Assembly: GCA_963844715.1 (NCBI GenBank)
Contig: CAWJPJ010000006.1
Span: forward strand, 896,001-960,000
DNA: 64,000 bases
Source: an uncultured Phycisphaerales bacterium
GTDB lineage: Bacteria > Planctomycetota > Phycisphaerae > Tepidisphaerales > Tepidisphaeraceae
Reading direction: 5' to 3'
Position numbers and translations under genes: made by a program. Within the stretch, counting starts at the first letter, position 1; every line of letters starts with the position of its first letter. This document shows positions 24,815 to 35,069 of this stretch, piece after piece. Below the pieces are notes generated by a model. The model had not been told where the DNA came from. It saw nothing but the letters and a program-made list of their open reading frames with translations, and did not search any database.

Positions 24815-25934
24815 ATGTCGAGCATGGATCATCTCGTTTCGCGCCGCCGCCGCCGTGGATGCCTCGGGCATCCGCAAGGTGTTCGATCTGGCCGCGAAAA
24901 TGTCCGACCCGATCAACCTTTCGATCGGGCAACCCGATTTCGACGTTCCTGAATTCGCCAAGGACGCCGCGATCGAGGCCATCCGCAAGGGGAACAATCG
25001 ATATACTCAAACTCAGGGAATCGCGCCGCTTCGCGAGCGCCTGCGCAAAGATCTCTCGGCGGAATTTTCCCACGACGTCGGAGAAGTGCTCATCACCAGC
25101 GGCGTCAGCGGCGGCTTGATGCTGGCTCTCCTGGCCACCATCGACCCGGGTGATGAGGCGATTTTCCTCGATCCTTACTTCGTCATGTACAAGCATCTGC
25201 TCACTCTGGCCGGGGGGAAGCCGGTGATCGTGGACAGCTATCCCGATTTTCGCTTTCCCGCGGAGCGCGTCGAAAAGGCGATCACCTCCAAAAGCAAGCT
25301 GTTGATCCTGAACAGCCCCAGCAATCCTACCGGCGTGGCAATGAATCAGCGCGAAATCGACGACGCTGTGCGCATCGCCAAAAAACATAATCTGCTGATC
25401 GTCTCCGATGAGATTTACGAGCCGTTTCTATACGACGCGCCGCGCGGCCTGCCGAGCGCCGGGCATTCGCATGAAAACACTTTGATTCTTCGCGGATTTT
25501 CCAAGAGCCACGGCATGACCGGATGGCGACTCGGCTATGCCGCCGGCCCGTCGGAGATCATTTCGCAGATGACCAAGCTTCAGCAGTACACATTCGTCTG
25601 TGCCCCGGCGCCGTTTCAATACGGAGCACTGAAGGCGTTGGACGTCCCGATGGAGGACGCCGTGGCCGCGTATCGCCAGAAGCGCGATTTGGTCTGCCAT
25701 CGGCTGCATCGGAAATTCGAACTGGTCGTCCCCGAGGGGGCGTTCTACGTCTTTCCGAAGGCCCCGGCCGGGATGACCGGGAGCCAGTTCGTAGCCAAGG
25801 CGATCGATAACAACGTCCTGATCATTCCGGGGAACGTCTTTTCGGAGCGTGATACCCATTTCCGAATCAGCTACGCGACGACGATGGAGAAGTTGGAGGC
25901 GGGCTGCGAAATTCTTTGCAAGCTGGCCGGGTGA
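24815..25934 (+). CDS. Class I/II PLP-dependent aminotransferase (indel near 24845)
   Basis: NLSIGQPDF, NSPSNPTG, SDEIY, GFSKSHGMTGWRLGY. Confidence 0.92.
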
Positions 25935-25982
25935 TCTCGCGGGTGCTCAGAACTGTCAGATTCCGCGATCAATCGGATGGAT

Positions 25983-26012
25983 TTGAAAATCCGTCCGCCA
26001 GCGCGTTAGTAT
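25983..26012 (+). promoter_or_regulatory. Possible sigma70 promoter for the stand-alone tRNA
   Basis: TTGAAA-N18-TAGTAT. Confidence 0.4.
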
Positions 26013-26093
26013 GGCGTCGTGCGGGTCGAATCTACTTGTGAATAGTCCTGCTGACGCCAACCGGCAACGATCGCTCTTCGGGGCGAGGCGGCT

Positions 26094-26178
26094 CCGGCAG
26101 TGGCGGAACTGGCAGACGCTCTGGATTGTCAATCCAGTGATCCACAAGATCGTACGGGTTCGAATCCCGTCTCCCGGA
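26094..26178 (+). tRNA. Atypical class II tRNA: Leu-type body with GTC (Asp) anticodon
   Basis: CCGGCAG TG GCGG AACTGGCAGA CGC T CTGGA TT-GTC-AA TCCAG T GATC CACAA GATC GT ACGGG TTCGAAT CCCGT CTCCCGG A; followed by GC and T6. Confidence 0.8.
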
Positions 26179-26224
26179 GCTTTTTTCGTTTGACTTATGC
26201 CAAATCCGCGTCGATAACATTGTT

Positions 26225-26270
26225 ATCTTGTGGATCACTGGATTGCAGCCCCAGATTGACACCTGGGGCT
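26225..26270. repeat. 21-nt antisense copy of the tRNA plus 8-bp hairpin
   Basis: 26225-26245 is the exact reverse complement of 26130-26150; stem agccccag/ctggggct with loop attgacac. Confidence 0.85.
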
Positions 26271-26311
26271 AATTTATTGGTCACGCCTGCCCTCCGCCGT
26301 CCCCATCAAGC

Positions 26312-29300
26312 TTACTTGTCATCCCCATCGCTCAGCACTCGATCCACGGTCGTCGTAATCGTATTGAAGCTCGTCGCCGAAACTTTCGGCTGCTGAATCG
26401 TTCCGCTGACGTGGATTCTGAGCAGTTCCTGCTTGGCCCCGTAGATCAGCGGCCCGAGGACGGGAAGGCTGACCAGCGTGGGGTTATCCGTCACAAACCA
26501 GAGGCTCACTCGCTTGGCCGCGAAATCGAGCTGGCCGTTGCCGTTCATCGTCATGTCCTTGCTCTTGAGGATGATTTGATCGAAGACGACCTGTTGGCCG
26601 TCGATGGCGTAGCGCGTGGTGGCCTCGGCGAAGGGGCTGCTGAGGGGAAGGGAGAGATTGGTGATCTGGAGCAGGCCTAGGAGGATGGGGAGGTTGTACA
26701 TATTTTCGCCGGTGACGCGGACGTCGCCGTGGCCGCGGCGGCTGGTGGGATCGCCGAGGGTGCCGTCGAGATTGAGCGAGGCGGTCAGCTTGCCGCTGAC
26801 GCCCTGGTTCTCCGGGGCGGCAAGTTGCGCGACATCGGCGTCGCGAAGAACCAGGCCGAAGTCGTACCGGCCGGGCGAGGTGTCCTGATCGTTGTCGGAG
26901 TAGCTGAATTGCCCGCTCCCACTGAGATCGCCGCCGGCGAAATCGCCGCCGAAGCGCGAGATCTCGATGACCGGATCATCCGCCGGTTTGGCGATCATCG
27001 CCGAGAAATTTTGCGCAGGGCGTCCGGCCAGAAGGAGATTGTCGGCGGATAGCTGCATGCCAAGCCGGTGCAGCTTTCCGTCGCGCACCAATCCCGCGAC
27101 ATCCATCGCGCCCGTGGCGCCCGCGATGGGGAGGCCGATGTCCAGATTCGCGCCTAGAAGGCTGACCTTGGCGGCAAAGTCGATGTCCGGGCCGTGCCGC
27201 GTCCGCCGAGCCCGGACGGTAAGCCAACCGTGAGAAGTCCAAGCCGACCGAGCCGGTGAGTTTCAACGTCTTAATAATGTCGGATACCGTTTCAGGTACG
27301 GCGGCGATGGCGTCCGCGTCGAGCGGAACAGGGTCCGCGGTCAATTTCAATACCCATTCCGGATGCTCGCCGAGATCTCCTTCGCCCGTGACGGCAAGCG
27401 CCGATTTGCCGTGATGCGCGGTGATTTGCTTGAGCAACACTTTGGTCGGGGAGACGCTTAAAAGCCCATGCACGTCGTCCATCCGATATGGAAAAATCTG
27501 CGGCTTCACCGAAAGCTGAACGGGGTGAATCTGCAAATCGAGCTTTTCATCCGGGTCGGGTGCGCCGCTGAGCGCGGAGGCATATTCAACAGTCGCGTTT
27601 ATGCTTCCCTGCGGCTGGATCTCGTCCCACGCCTGTTTGGCCGGATCGGGCAACGCGGCGTACAGTGCCGGTTCCAGGGGAACATTTTCCGCGATGGCGG
27701 AAAGCATGATCCGCGGAGGCCGGGCCGACGGTTCGCCTGGCGCGGGAGCGCTCCATGCGATGGAGAGATGTCCCGCGATGTCCCCGGTGCCGCGTTTGGC
27801 GGTCATGTCCGTCAGCACGAAACTCGTCGGGGTGATTCGCATCTGGGCGCTGATCCCGGAAAGCGCGTAGGCATTTCCCAACGGCCAGAGAGCGCCATTG
27901 TGCAAATGGGCGTTGAACAGAAAATCGACGTTGGGATTGGGCGAGTTGTCCTGCACTTTGGAGGGCGTCACATTGCCTTCCACCTCGATCAACCCGGTCG
28001 CTCCCACGGCGACGAGCCAATCGCGCTCGGCGGCGGGCAGAGCGCCTTTTAATTCGTCATCGAGCGGAAGATTTCTGGCAACGACGTGCAAATTCGGCCC
28101 CACCGGCTGGGTCGTCGCCGGTCCGTGATTGGATTTCCAGGTGATCCGGCCATTGATATCGACCGACGCGGTGCCGCGGCGCATGGCGATATTCTTCAGA
28201 TCGACAAAGCGATCGTGAACTTCCAAACGGCCCGTCACGTGACTCATGGGATAAGGGAAGAAGACAAGCGTACCGGCGGCATCCTTGAGATCGACGTCAG
28301 TCGTGAAGTCGAAACGCCGGTGCTGGCCAGGCTGACGCTCGATATGGCAAACGACGTCCGCGCGGAATTGCGGGAGCGCCGCCGGTGCCGTCGGGATCGA
28401 AAAGGCGCAGCGCCCGGTCAACCTGAGGGGGCATTGCCGTGCGCAGAGCCGGCTCGCTGGCGATGTCCTTGGCGCTGACGTCCAGCCATATTCCGGCCAC
28501 TTGATCGAGGGGGCCAATGAATCCGTTGATGGTAACAGTCGAATTCGCGTTGGGGCCGTCTTTCAACCCGTAACCGGTGACGCCGAGCACGCGGATTCCG
28601 TCCATTTTCGTAAGTGGATCGTGCCCGATGAGGATTTCGCCCGTCGCGTCGCAGAGCGGATAGGGAAAGTCGGCGAATTTGAATTGCCCGTCGTGGATAT
28701 CGATCGCGCCGACCACCGCCGGGCGCGCGCCGGCTTCGCCGCGATTGAGCGTGACCGACACGCTGCACGTCCCCTGCGGATGCAGGCGCTCGTAAATCTC
28801 CTGAACCTCCGGCGGCAAAGACCCGGCGTAGGTGGGCGACCAGGCGGGGATTTCCAAATCGTGCCCCGGCATGGACGAGACCGTCAGCTTCGCCGCGGCG
28901 TCGGGGGAATAGCCGTGGATGATGCCGTCGAGATCGAACCAGTTGTTTTCAAGGCGGCCGTTGATGCCGTTGAGGGTCAGATCATCCTGAGTGAACACGA
29001 GCGTCCCGGAAACCTGCCGGAGATGCACCGGTTGCGGTGTGCTCAGGCGGCGCAGGGAATCGATGACATCCTGCGTGATCCATTGTCCGGGCTGGAGAGA
29101 GTCCAACAACGCGTGGAATTTCCGCACGTTTTCATTTTGCCGGCGGCTCATCCATTCCTCGGGGCTGACGGCCAGTTCGACGCTGCTGAGAGAAATTTCC
29201 ATGCGGAAGGAGGGTTGCTCGCCGGGCTTGCCGGGCGTGAAATACATTTCCGGCACGTCGATGCGTCCCTGGAGCTGGTGGCGTTCGCACCATTCTCGCG

Positions 29301-30085
29301 GCTCGGTGAAGAGCATCGTTTTGATGTCAGGACCGAAAGTGAAGTTGCGCAGGCGGGCAAACGAGACGCCGCCGTCGGTGCGGATGGTTCCTTCGACGCT
29401 GGGTCCGATGGATTCGCGGCCGCGGCTTTGAAACTGGAAGTCGTACTGGTCCGACTCCTCGCCGGGGGAGAGGGAGCCTTCGAGGCTGTACCAGCCGATG
29501 GTCTGGGTGTGATTGTTGCGCATCTCCAGGTAAGCGACCTGGGCGTCGCGGAGGATGATCTGGGGAAGAACGGGCGGCCCGTTGGCAGCGCTCTTGTCGT
29601 GGCGGGGAGGAACGCCTTTGCCGTGCCAAAGGCGCTGATAATTCCAGCGGTGGGTCTGGGCGTCTTCGACGAGAATGACCGTGGGTTCGATGGCGACGAT
29701 CTGCGTGCCGGAGATTTTGCCGGCCAGCAATTCGAAGGGATTGTATTTGATCAGCAGCGTCTGCGCGTGAAAGACCGTGGCGTCGGGAGTGGGCGGGCCT
29801 TCTACGCGGACGGTCACGTCGTCGAGGCGCAGCCCTTCAAAGATGGAGAGGCTAGCGCGGCGGATTTGGACGTCGCCCCCGAGGAGATCGGAAAGGTAGC
29901 TTTCCGCCATGGCGCGGACGCGTTTTGCGTCGGTGATCCAACCGTAGCCGAGGATGACGACGCACAAGCCGACCAGGACGGAGAACATGCACTTGCGGCG
30001 GATGGGGGAGCAGCGCGGCGCAGGGGTGCTTGGGCCGCCAGGTGCGGTCAAACAGGCGGTCGGGATTCGCCAGGCTCCAGGCCAT
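26312..30085 (-). CDS. Large AsmA/YhdP-like envelope protein (several frameshifts)
   Basis: N-terminal TM, repeated beta-rich segments (FPYP...GEI), AsmA-like C-terminus (NGNGQLDF...LLRIHVSGTIQQPKV); ORFs 28297..30051, 26976..28517, 26312..27106. Confidence 0.75.
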
Positions 30086-31390
30086 TTAGACTAGGACCGG
30101 GAATTTGGTGCGGATGGGACTGCGGCTCAGCGCGCTGGCCGCCAGAATCGCCATCGGCGGTTGGGCGGGGAGCAGATAACGCAGCGACCCGACCGATAAC
30201 CCGGCAGCCACCGTAAAATATATGGCCGGAATCAACAAGTACATTTTTGACGCCCGCGACAGGGTTATTCGCTTCAAACCGACGATCAGGAGCAAATCCA
30301 CCGGCAGGCTGAAGCAGAGTCCGACAAGAACGTATGCTCGACGACTGCCATATTGATCGCTCAATGGGATGGGGCTCCAGGTTCGCCCGATCTTCTTGAC
30401 GGCAAGCGACGCCGCCTGCCACGGATTTTGCCGCATCCATTCATCGGCTTTTTCGAGGAAGTAGCGGGATCGGGCCGGTTCGGTCGTGTCTTGCAGAAAC
30501 GGCATCGACTTCACGAAGCTCTGATCGCTGGCGCCCGTGGCGTCGGGATTGAACCCGTCGTAGCGGGTGATCCCGGCGTTAGTCGTGGTCCAGATCCATT
30601 CCTTGAGCTGGAGCCGATTGCGAGCCGCCCAGGGGAAGAGGACGATTCCGATCAGCACAAGCATTGTAGCCGCGACGGGAAGCGGGAGGCGCGGACGTTC
30701 GCTGGGAATGACGACGGCGGCTGCGCCGGCGAGGAAGACCGGAAGCAAAAGTGCCCCCGGGCGGACAAGGAGGGACAGGGCCAGAAGCAACCCGCCGCCA
30801 AGCCAGGCGAGCAATCTTCCCCTTCCAACCGGCCAGGGACCGCCGCTGATAATGAGCAGGCACATGCCCCAGGCAAGCATCGCGGTGAAAAGCGTTTCAC
30901 TGAGGATCAGGCCGGTAAAGAAAATCAGGAAGGGATTCACCGCGACGATGAGCGCCGCAATGACGGGAACCCATTGCATTCTTGGTGACGATTCCGCCGG
31001 CGGGAAAATTCGCGGGGGAAGTTTCTTGGCCAAAAGATAAATCGCCAGGACGGTTGTGGCATCGAGAGAGCGCTGCACCATGCGCACAATCTTCGGCCGG
31101 GCCTGGCAGAGGGCGATCAGGGCGGGATAGCCGGGCGTGCGATATGCGAAAACCGGCGCGAGAAAACGCTCGTCGATAAACCAAAGGCCCTGGTGATCGT
31201 GAAGATGCTGGCCGAGTTCCAGATATTCACTCTGATCCGGCAAATTCGAAAGAGCCGCCGGATCGCTTGGCTGGCGCAAACCCCACCCGACGCGAACCGC
31301 CAGACCGGCCAGGAGAATAAGTATAACGAGCGTCTTTTCGATGCCGCGACTCACGCATAAACGGTACCACGTACCTAAGTTCAAGACCAA
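30086..31390 (-). CDS. ArnT/PMT (GT39-like) membrane glycosyltransferase
   Basis: DQSEY, YRTPGYP, ILSETLF, LVRP, PWAARN, RYLLP; multiple TMs; start uncertain. Confidence 0.75.
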   Translation of the reverse strand: MVLNLGTWYRLCVSRGIEKTLVILILLAGLAVRVGWGLRQPSDPAALSNLPDQSEYLELGQHLHDHQGLWFIDERFLAPVFAYRTPGYPALIALCQARPKIVRMVQRSLDATTVLAIYLLAKKLPPRIFPPAESSPRMQWVPVIAALIVAVNPFLIFFTGLILSETLFTAMLAWGMCLLIISGGPWPVGRGRLLAWLGGGLLLALSLLVRPGALLLPVFLAGAAAVVIPSERPRLPLPVAATMLVLIGIVLFPWAARNRLQLKEWIWTTTNAGITRYDGFNPDATGASDQSFVKSMPFLQDTTEPARSRYFLEKADEWMRQNPWQAASLAVKKIGRTWSPIPLSDQYGSRRAYVLVGLCFSLPVDLLLIVGLKRITLSRASKMYLLIPAIYFTVAAGLSVGSLRYLLPAQPPMAILAASALSRSPIRTKFPVLV

Positions 31391-31392
31391 TT

Positions 31393-31564
31393 GACCGCGA
31401 AGACGGCCTGGTGGACTCCGAACGCGAAGATAAAAAGAGATTTAACCACGGATTTCGCGGATGACACGGATGAAATGCGGAGCTCATTTTTTTGATCTTC
31501 ATCCGTGCAATCCGCGAAATCCGCGGTTAATCGCTTTCTTCGGGCTCTCGGCGGGTTCGCGGTA
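31393..31564. repeat. Nested inverted-repeat element, copy 2
   Basis: accgcgaa...ttcgcggt outer arms enclosing aaccacggatttcgcggatgacacggat / atccgtgcaatccgcgaaatccgcggtt. Confidence 0.75.
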
Positions 31565-31597
31565 AAAAATTCCTATTCCGGTTAGAATTCCGATTGG

Positions 31598-33301
31598 ATG
31601 CAAGCCCTTCAGGTTTGGGAAAATAGATTGAGCGCTCTGGCCGCCGCGGTCGAGGCGCTGCGTGCGCGGGCGAGCGGGCAGGCGTCTGCGGTTGCGCGAT
31701 GGCAGGCCGATGCCCAAGCGGGGATTTTTCATCTTCAGCGCGATTCTCAAGCGTCTTTGATTGTCTGCCTGCTGGGGGGGACCGGGACGGGGAAGAGCAC
31801 GGTTTTGAATCGGCTTCTTGAGGCGGATCTTTCCGCGGCGGATTTTCGGCGGACGTTTACGGCTGGGGCTGTCGCGGCGGCGGGGAAGGCGGACGAGGTG
31901 CCTTCGCAGTGGCTCGGGTTGCCGCGAGTGATCGCCGAGCAGACGCCGGCGCGGGGGCAGGCGGAGTTGCTGACGGTCGTCATCTCAGCCAACGAGCTTT
32001 TGAAGAAACTGATCCTGGTCGATACGCCTGACCTGGACGGAGATCAGCCGGCGCATCATGCTCAGGCCGAGAGGGTATTTCGCTGGGCGGAGGGGGTGGT
32101 GTTTCTTGTCTCGCCGGAAAAGTATCAGATGACGGAATTGCTGCCTTATTACCGATTGGCGCGGCGGTATGGGCTGCCGGCGATTTATGTCATGAACAAG
32201 TGCGAGACGAGCCAGATGCTCGATGATTACCGGAAGGTTCTGGCCATCGAGGGGGTTGCGGGCGCCGTGTTTGCGATTCCCCGGGACGATGCGGCGTATG
32301 AGCCGCCGCTGGAGGCGAATCAGAATTCTCTGCGCGCGGCCGTGACGGATTTTTCGCGGCCGAGCGCGGCGGATCGCCAGGCGGGATTGCGAAATCGTGG
32401 AATCGATCTGCTCGGACGGCTGCGCGATCAGGTGATCGCGCCGATTCAGGCGGAAAGGCGCGACGCGGCCAAGATCATCGCCTCGCTGCAAGCGATGGAG
32501 CGGCCGCCGCTGGGGATCGACGTGAATCCGATCACATTGCAACTGCAAAGACGGCTTCAGCAGCGCAGTGTGCTTTATTTGATGGGGCCGGGACGGGTGA
32601 TGGATCGAGTGAGGCAGGTGCCGGGAATGCTGGTGCGGCTGCCTCGGACGGCGTGGGATTTCTTTCTGCATGGGAATGTCTCCGGCCCGGCGGATCCGAT
32701 GCCGAATGAGGGGAATGGCCAGGTGCCGGATTTCGCGGCGACGTTGAAGGATCATTTCGTCATTTTGCAGACGCGGATCGCCGACGCCGTGCGCGCGACG
32801 CCGAGCGGGCAGCTGTGGATATCTGCGGATTGGGATCAGTCGCTCATCGATCCGGCCGCGGCGGGGAAGATCGCCACGGAAGAGTTGAATGATTTGAACG
32901 CCTGGCTGCAAAAGCGGTGGAACGCGACGCCGCGCGACACGGCTTTGCTCATGCGGCTGCTGAAGCATCTGCCGGGCGGGGAGAAATTGGCGCAGTGGAC
33001 GGAGGCCGCGCCGTATCTCCTGGCGATTGTCGTGGCGGCGCATCACGCGATTTTTGGTCCGGTGGACCTCATGGTTCTCGGCGGGTATGGGCTGGCGGCG
33101 TGGATCGTCGAGCGGCTGAGCAATGAAGTGGCCTCCCGCACGCGGCAGGCGAACCGCGCCATTGACCTACGCTTTGAAAAACTCGCTCACGAGCAGATTC
33201 GCAAGACGATCGCCTGGATCGAATCGCGCACGCCGTCGGCTGAGCAAATCCGCGCCGTCGAGGCGGCGGCGCAGCGCTTTGAGGAGTCGCTGGTTTCATG
33301 A
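31598..33301 (+). CDS. Dynamin-like/YfjP-like GTPase with C-terminal hydrophobic segment
   Basis: G1 GGTGTGKS, G3 DTPD, G4 NKCE; helical stalk; hydrophobic hairpin near the C-terminus. Confidence 0.75.
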   Translation: MQALQVWENRLSALAAAVEALRARASGQASAVARWQADAQAGIFHLQRDSQASLIVCLLGGTGTGKSTVLNRLLEADLSAADFRRTFTAGAVAAAGKADEVPSQWLGLPRVIAEQTPARGQAELLTVVISANELLKKLILVDTPDLDGDQPAHHAQAERVFRWAEGVVFLVSPEKYQMTELLPYYRLARRYGLPAIYVMNKCETSQMLDDYRKVLAIEGVAGAVFAIPRDDAAYEPPLEANQNSLRAAVTDFSRPSAADRQAGLRNRGIDLLGRLRDQVIAPIQAERRDAAKIIASLQAMERPPLGIDVNPITLQLQRRLQQRSVLYLMGPGRVMDRVRQVPGMLVRLPRTAWDFFLHGNVSGPADPMPNEGNGQVPDFAATLKDHFVILQTRIADAVRATPSGQLWISADWDQSLIDPAAAGKIATEELNDLNAWLQKRWNATPRDTALLMRLLKHLPGGEKLAQWTEAAPYLLAIVVAAHHAIFGPVDLMVLGGYGLAAWIVERLSNEVASRTRQANRAIDLRFEKLAHEQIRKTIAWIESRTPSAEQIRAVEAAAQRFEESLVS

Positions 33302-35009
33302 ATACAGCGCACATCGAACAACTCGTCCATGATACGGTCGATCTCACCGGCGCTGCCCCCCCGCCGCTGCTGGAGGATAATTCGCCGACGCTCAGGGACG
33401 ACGCACTGGACGGCGAGATGTATCTCGTCGGCTTGATCGGCGGGAAAGACGTCGGCAAGAGCGCGCTGGTCAATGCGCTGGTCGGGCAGTCGATCACGCA
33501 AAGCACCAGTCACGGACCGGGAACGGAAAATGTGATCGCTTATGCCCACGCGGATCAGAAAGCGGAACTTTCAAAACTTCTGGACGCCCAGACGCCCGGC
33601 AGCTACATGATCGTGACTCATCGGCAGGAGGAACTGCGGAACCAGGTTTTGCTCGATTTGCCGGATATCGATAGCCGGTTCGCGGAGCATGTGCAGACTA
33701 CGCGGAAGATGCTGCGGCACATGCTTTTCCCGCTTTGGATTCAGAGCATCGAGAAGTATGCGGATGCCCAGCCGCAGAGTCTCTTGGCGCAGGTTGCGGC
33801 GGGGAACGATCCGAAGAATTTTCTCTTCTGTCTCAATAAAGTCGATCAGCTTGTGCGGAAGGAAAAGACGGCGGCCGACACGCTGCGGCAGGATTACGCG
33901 GCGCGCATCGCCAGGGTGCTTTCACTGCCGGAGCCGCCGAAGGTGTTGCTGATCTCCGCGATTCAGCCGGAGGCTTGGGATTTGCCGGCTTTGGCGAAAT
34001 TGCTCTCACGCCAGAAATCGAGCGGGGACGTCGCAGATTCCCTGCGCCTGCGCAAAAGCGGCGGCAGCGATCGCTTCTGGATTGGCTGGTCGCCCAGGAT
34101 TTGCCGGCGCGGGCGGCGCGCCTCGCGAGATTGGAAGATGAAGCATCCGATTTGCTCAGCGAGAGACTTGGGGAGCCGGTGATCGAGGAAGTGGTGCCCG
34201 GGATTTTGGATGATGCCGCGTACAGGTCGGTGATGACCGAGGGATTGTTCGATCGGCGTGTGGCGCGCTGGCCGGTGGTAAATATTTTGCATGCGGCTTT
34301 GTCGCCGCTGCTCATCGTGATTCGAGAAAACGCGGCGGCGGGAAGCGGCTTCGGCGGAGCTGATTCCCTGGTCGATGGACACCTGTCGGCACTCCAGCCG
34401 GATGTGCCGGCGAACATACAATCCGCCTTCGCTCAGTTGCACCAGACGAACCCGGCCGTCGCGGACCTCTACACGCGGCGGAAATTGTGGGAGTCGATGG
34501 ACGCCCAGGCGGCCGCGGCGTCTCTGCGCGGACAAATGATCGAAACCGTTCAGCGCCAGCGGCAAGCCGTCCTGGAGAAACTTTCCGGCGGCGAGGGGTG
34601 CCTGTCGCCGATCGTTCGCGTCGGATTGACGATCGGGGCGATCGTCTGGTTCCCGATCGTTCAGCCGATCCTGATGTTGATGCTGACAGCCGGCTCGCCC
34701 CTGCGAAGCTTGCACGACGCCGGAGTGATGTTCGTCGAAGTGATGAGCACGGAGGTCCTGCTTAAAAACGCCGTTTTCCTGCTCCTCTGGCACTTTTTCC
34801 TGTGGGCGATGCTCCGCTGGGACACGCGGCGGCGAGTGGACCACCTCCTGAGCGACTGGCAATCCGCCAAAAATCCCGATGCGGAGATGAATCTGACGAC
34901 CGTGGCGCTCCGATGGATCGATGATTTGACGAAGGAAATCCGATCGGCCAAGGGGACGACGGAGAGTCTGTCGGCGAAGGTGGAAACCCTCCGCGCCGAA
35001 CTAACGTAA
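33298..35009 (+). CDS. Second dynamin-like/YfjP-like GTPase with two TM helices (frameshift near 34050)
   Basis: G1 GGKDVGKS, G3 DLPD, G4 NKVD; ATGA overlap with the first GTPase; continues in ORF 33975..35009. Confidence 0.72.
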
Positions 35010-35069
35010 ACACGTTCTTTACACAATCCTAATACCAAAGCGTATGGAAATGGCGAAGATGGGCGTTCC

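Noticed and set aside
26094..26178. tRNA-Sec, tmRNA end or 8/4-9/3 allo-tRNA
   Set aside because: The D arm is Leu-like rather than Sec-like, the anticodon is GTC not TCA, the T stem is a canonical 5 bp, and there is no tmRNA tag or G3-U acceptor
26138..26237. DnaA boxes / replication origin (TGATCCACA and its inverse)
   Set aside because: Only two one-mismatch boxes, both explained by the tRNA and its inverted copy; no dnaA or AT-rich unwinding element
26225..26245. Prophage or ICE att site at the tRNA
   Set aside because: The repeat is inverted rather than direct, and no integrase is present
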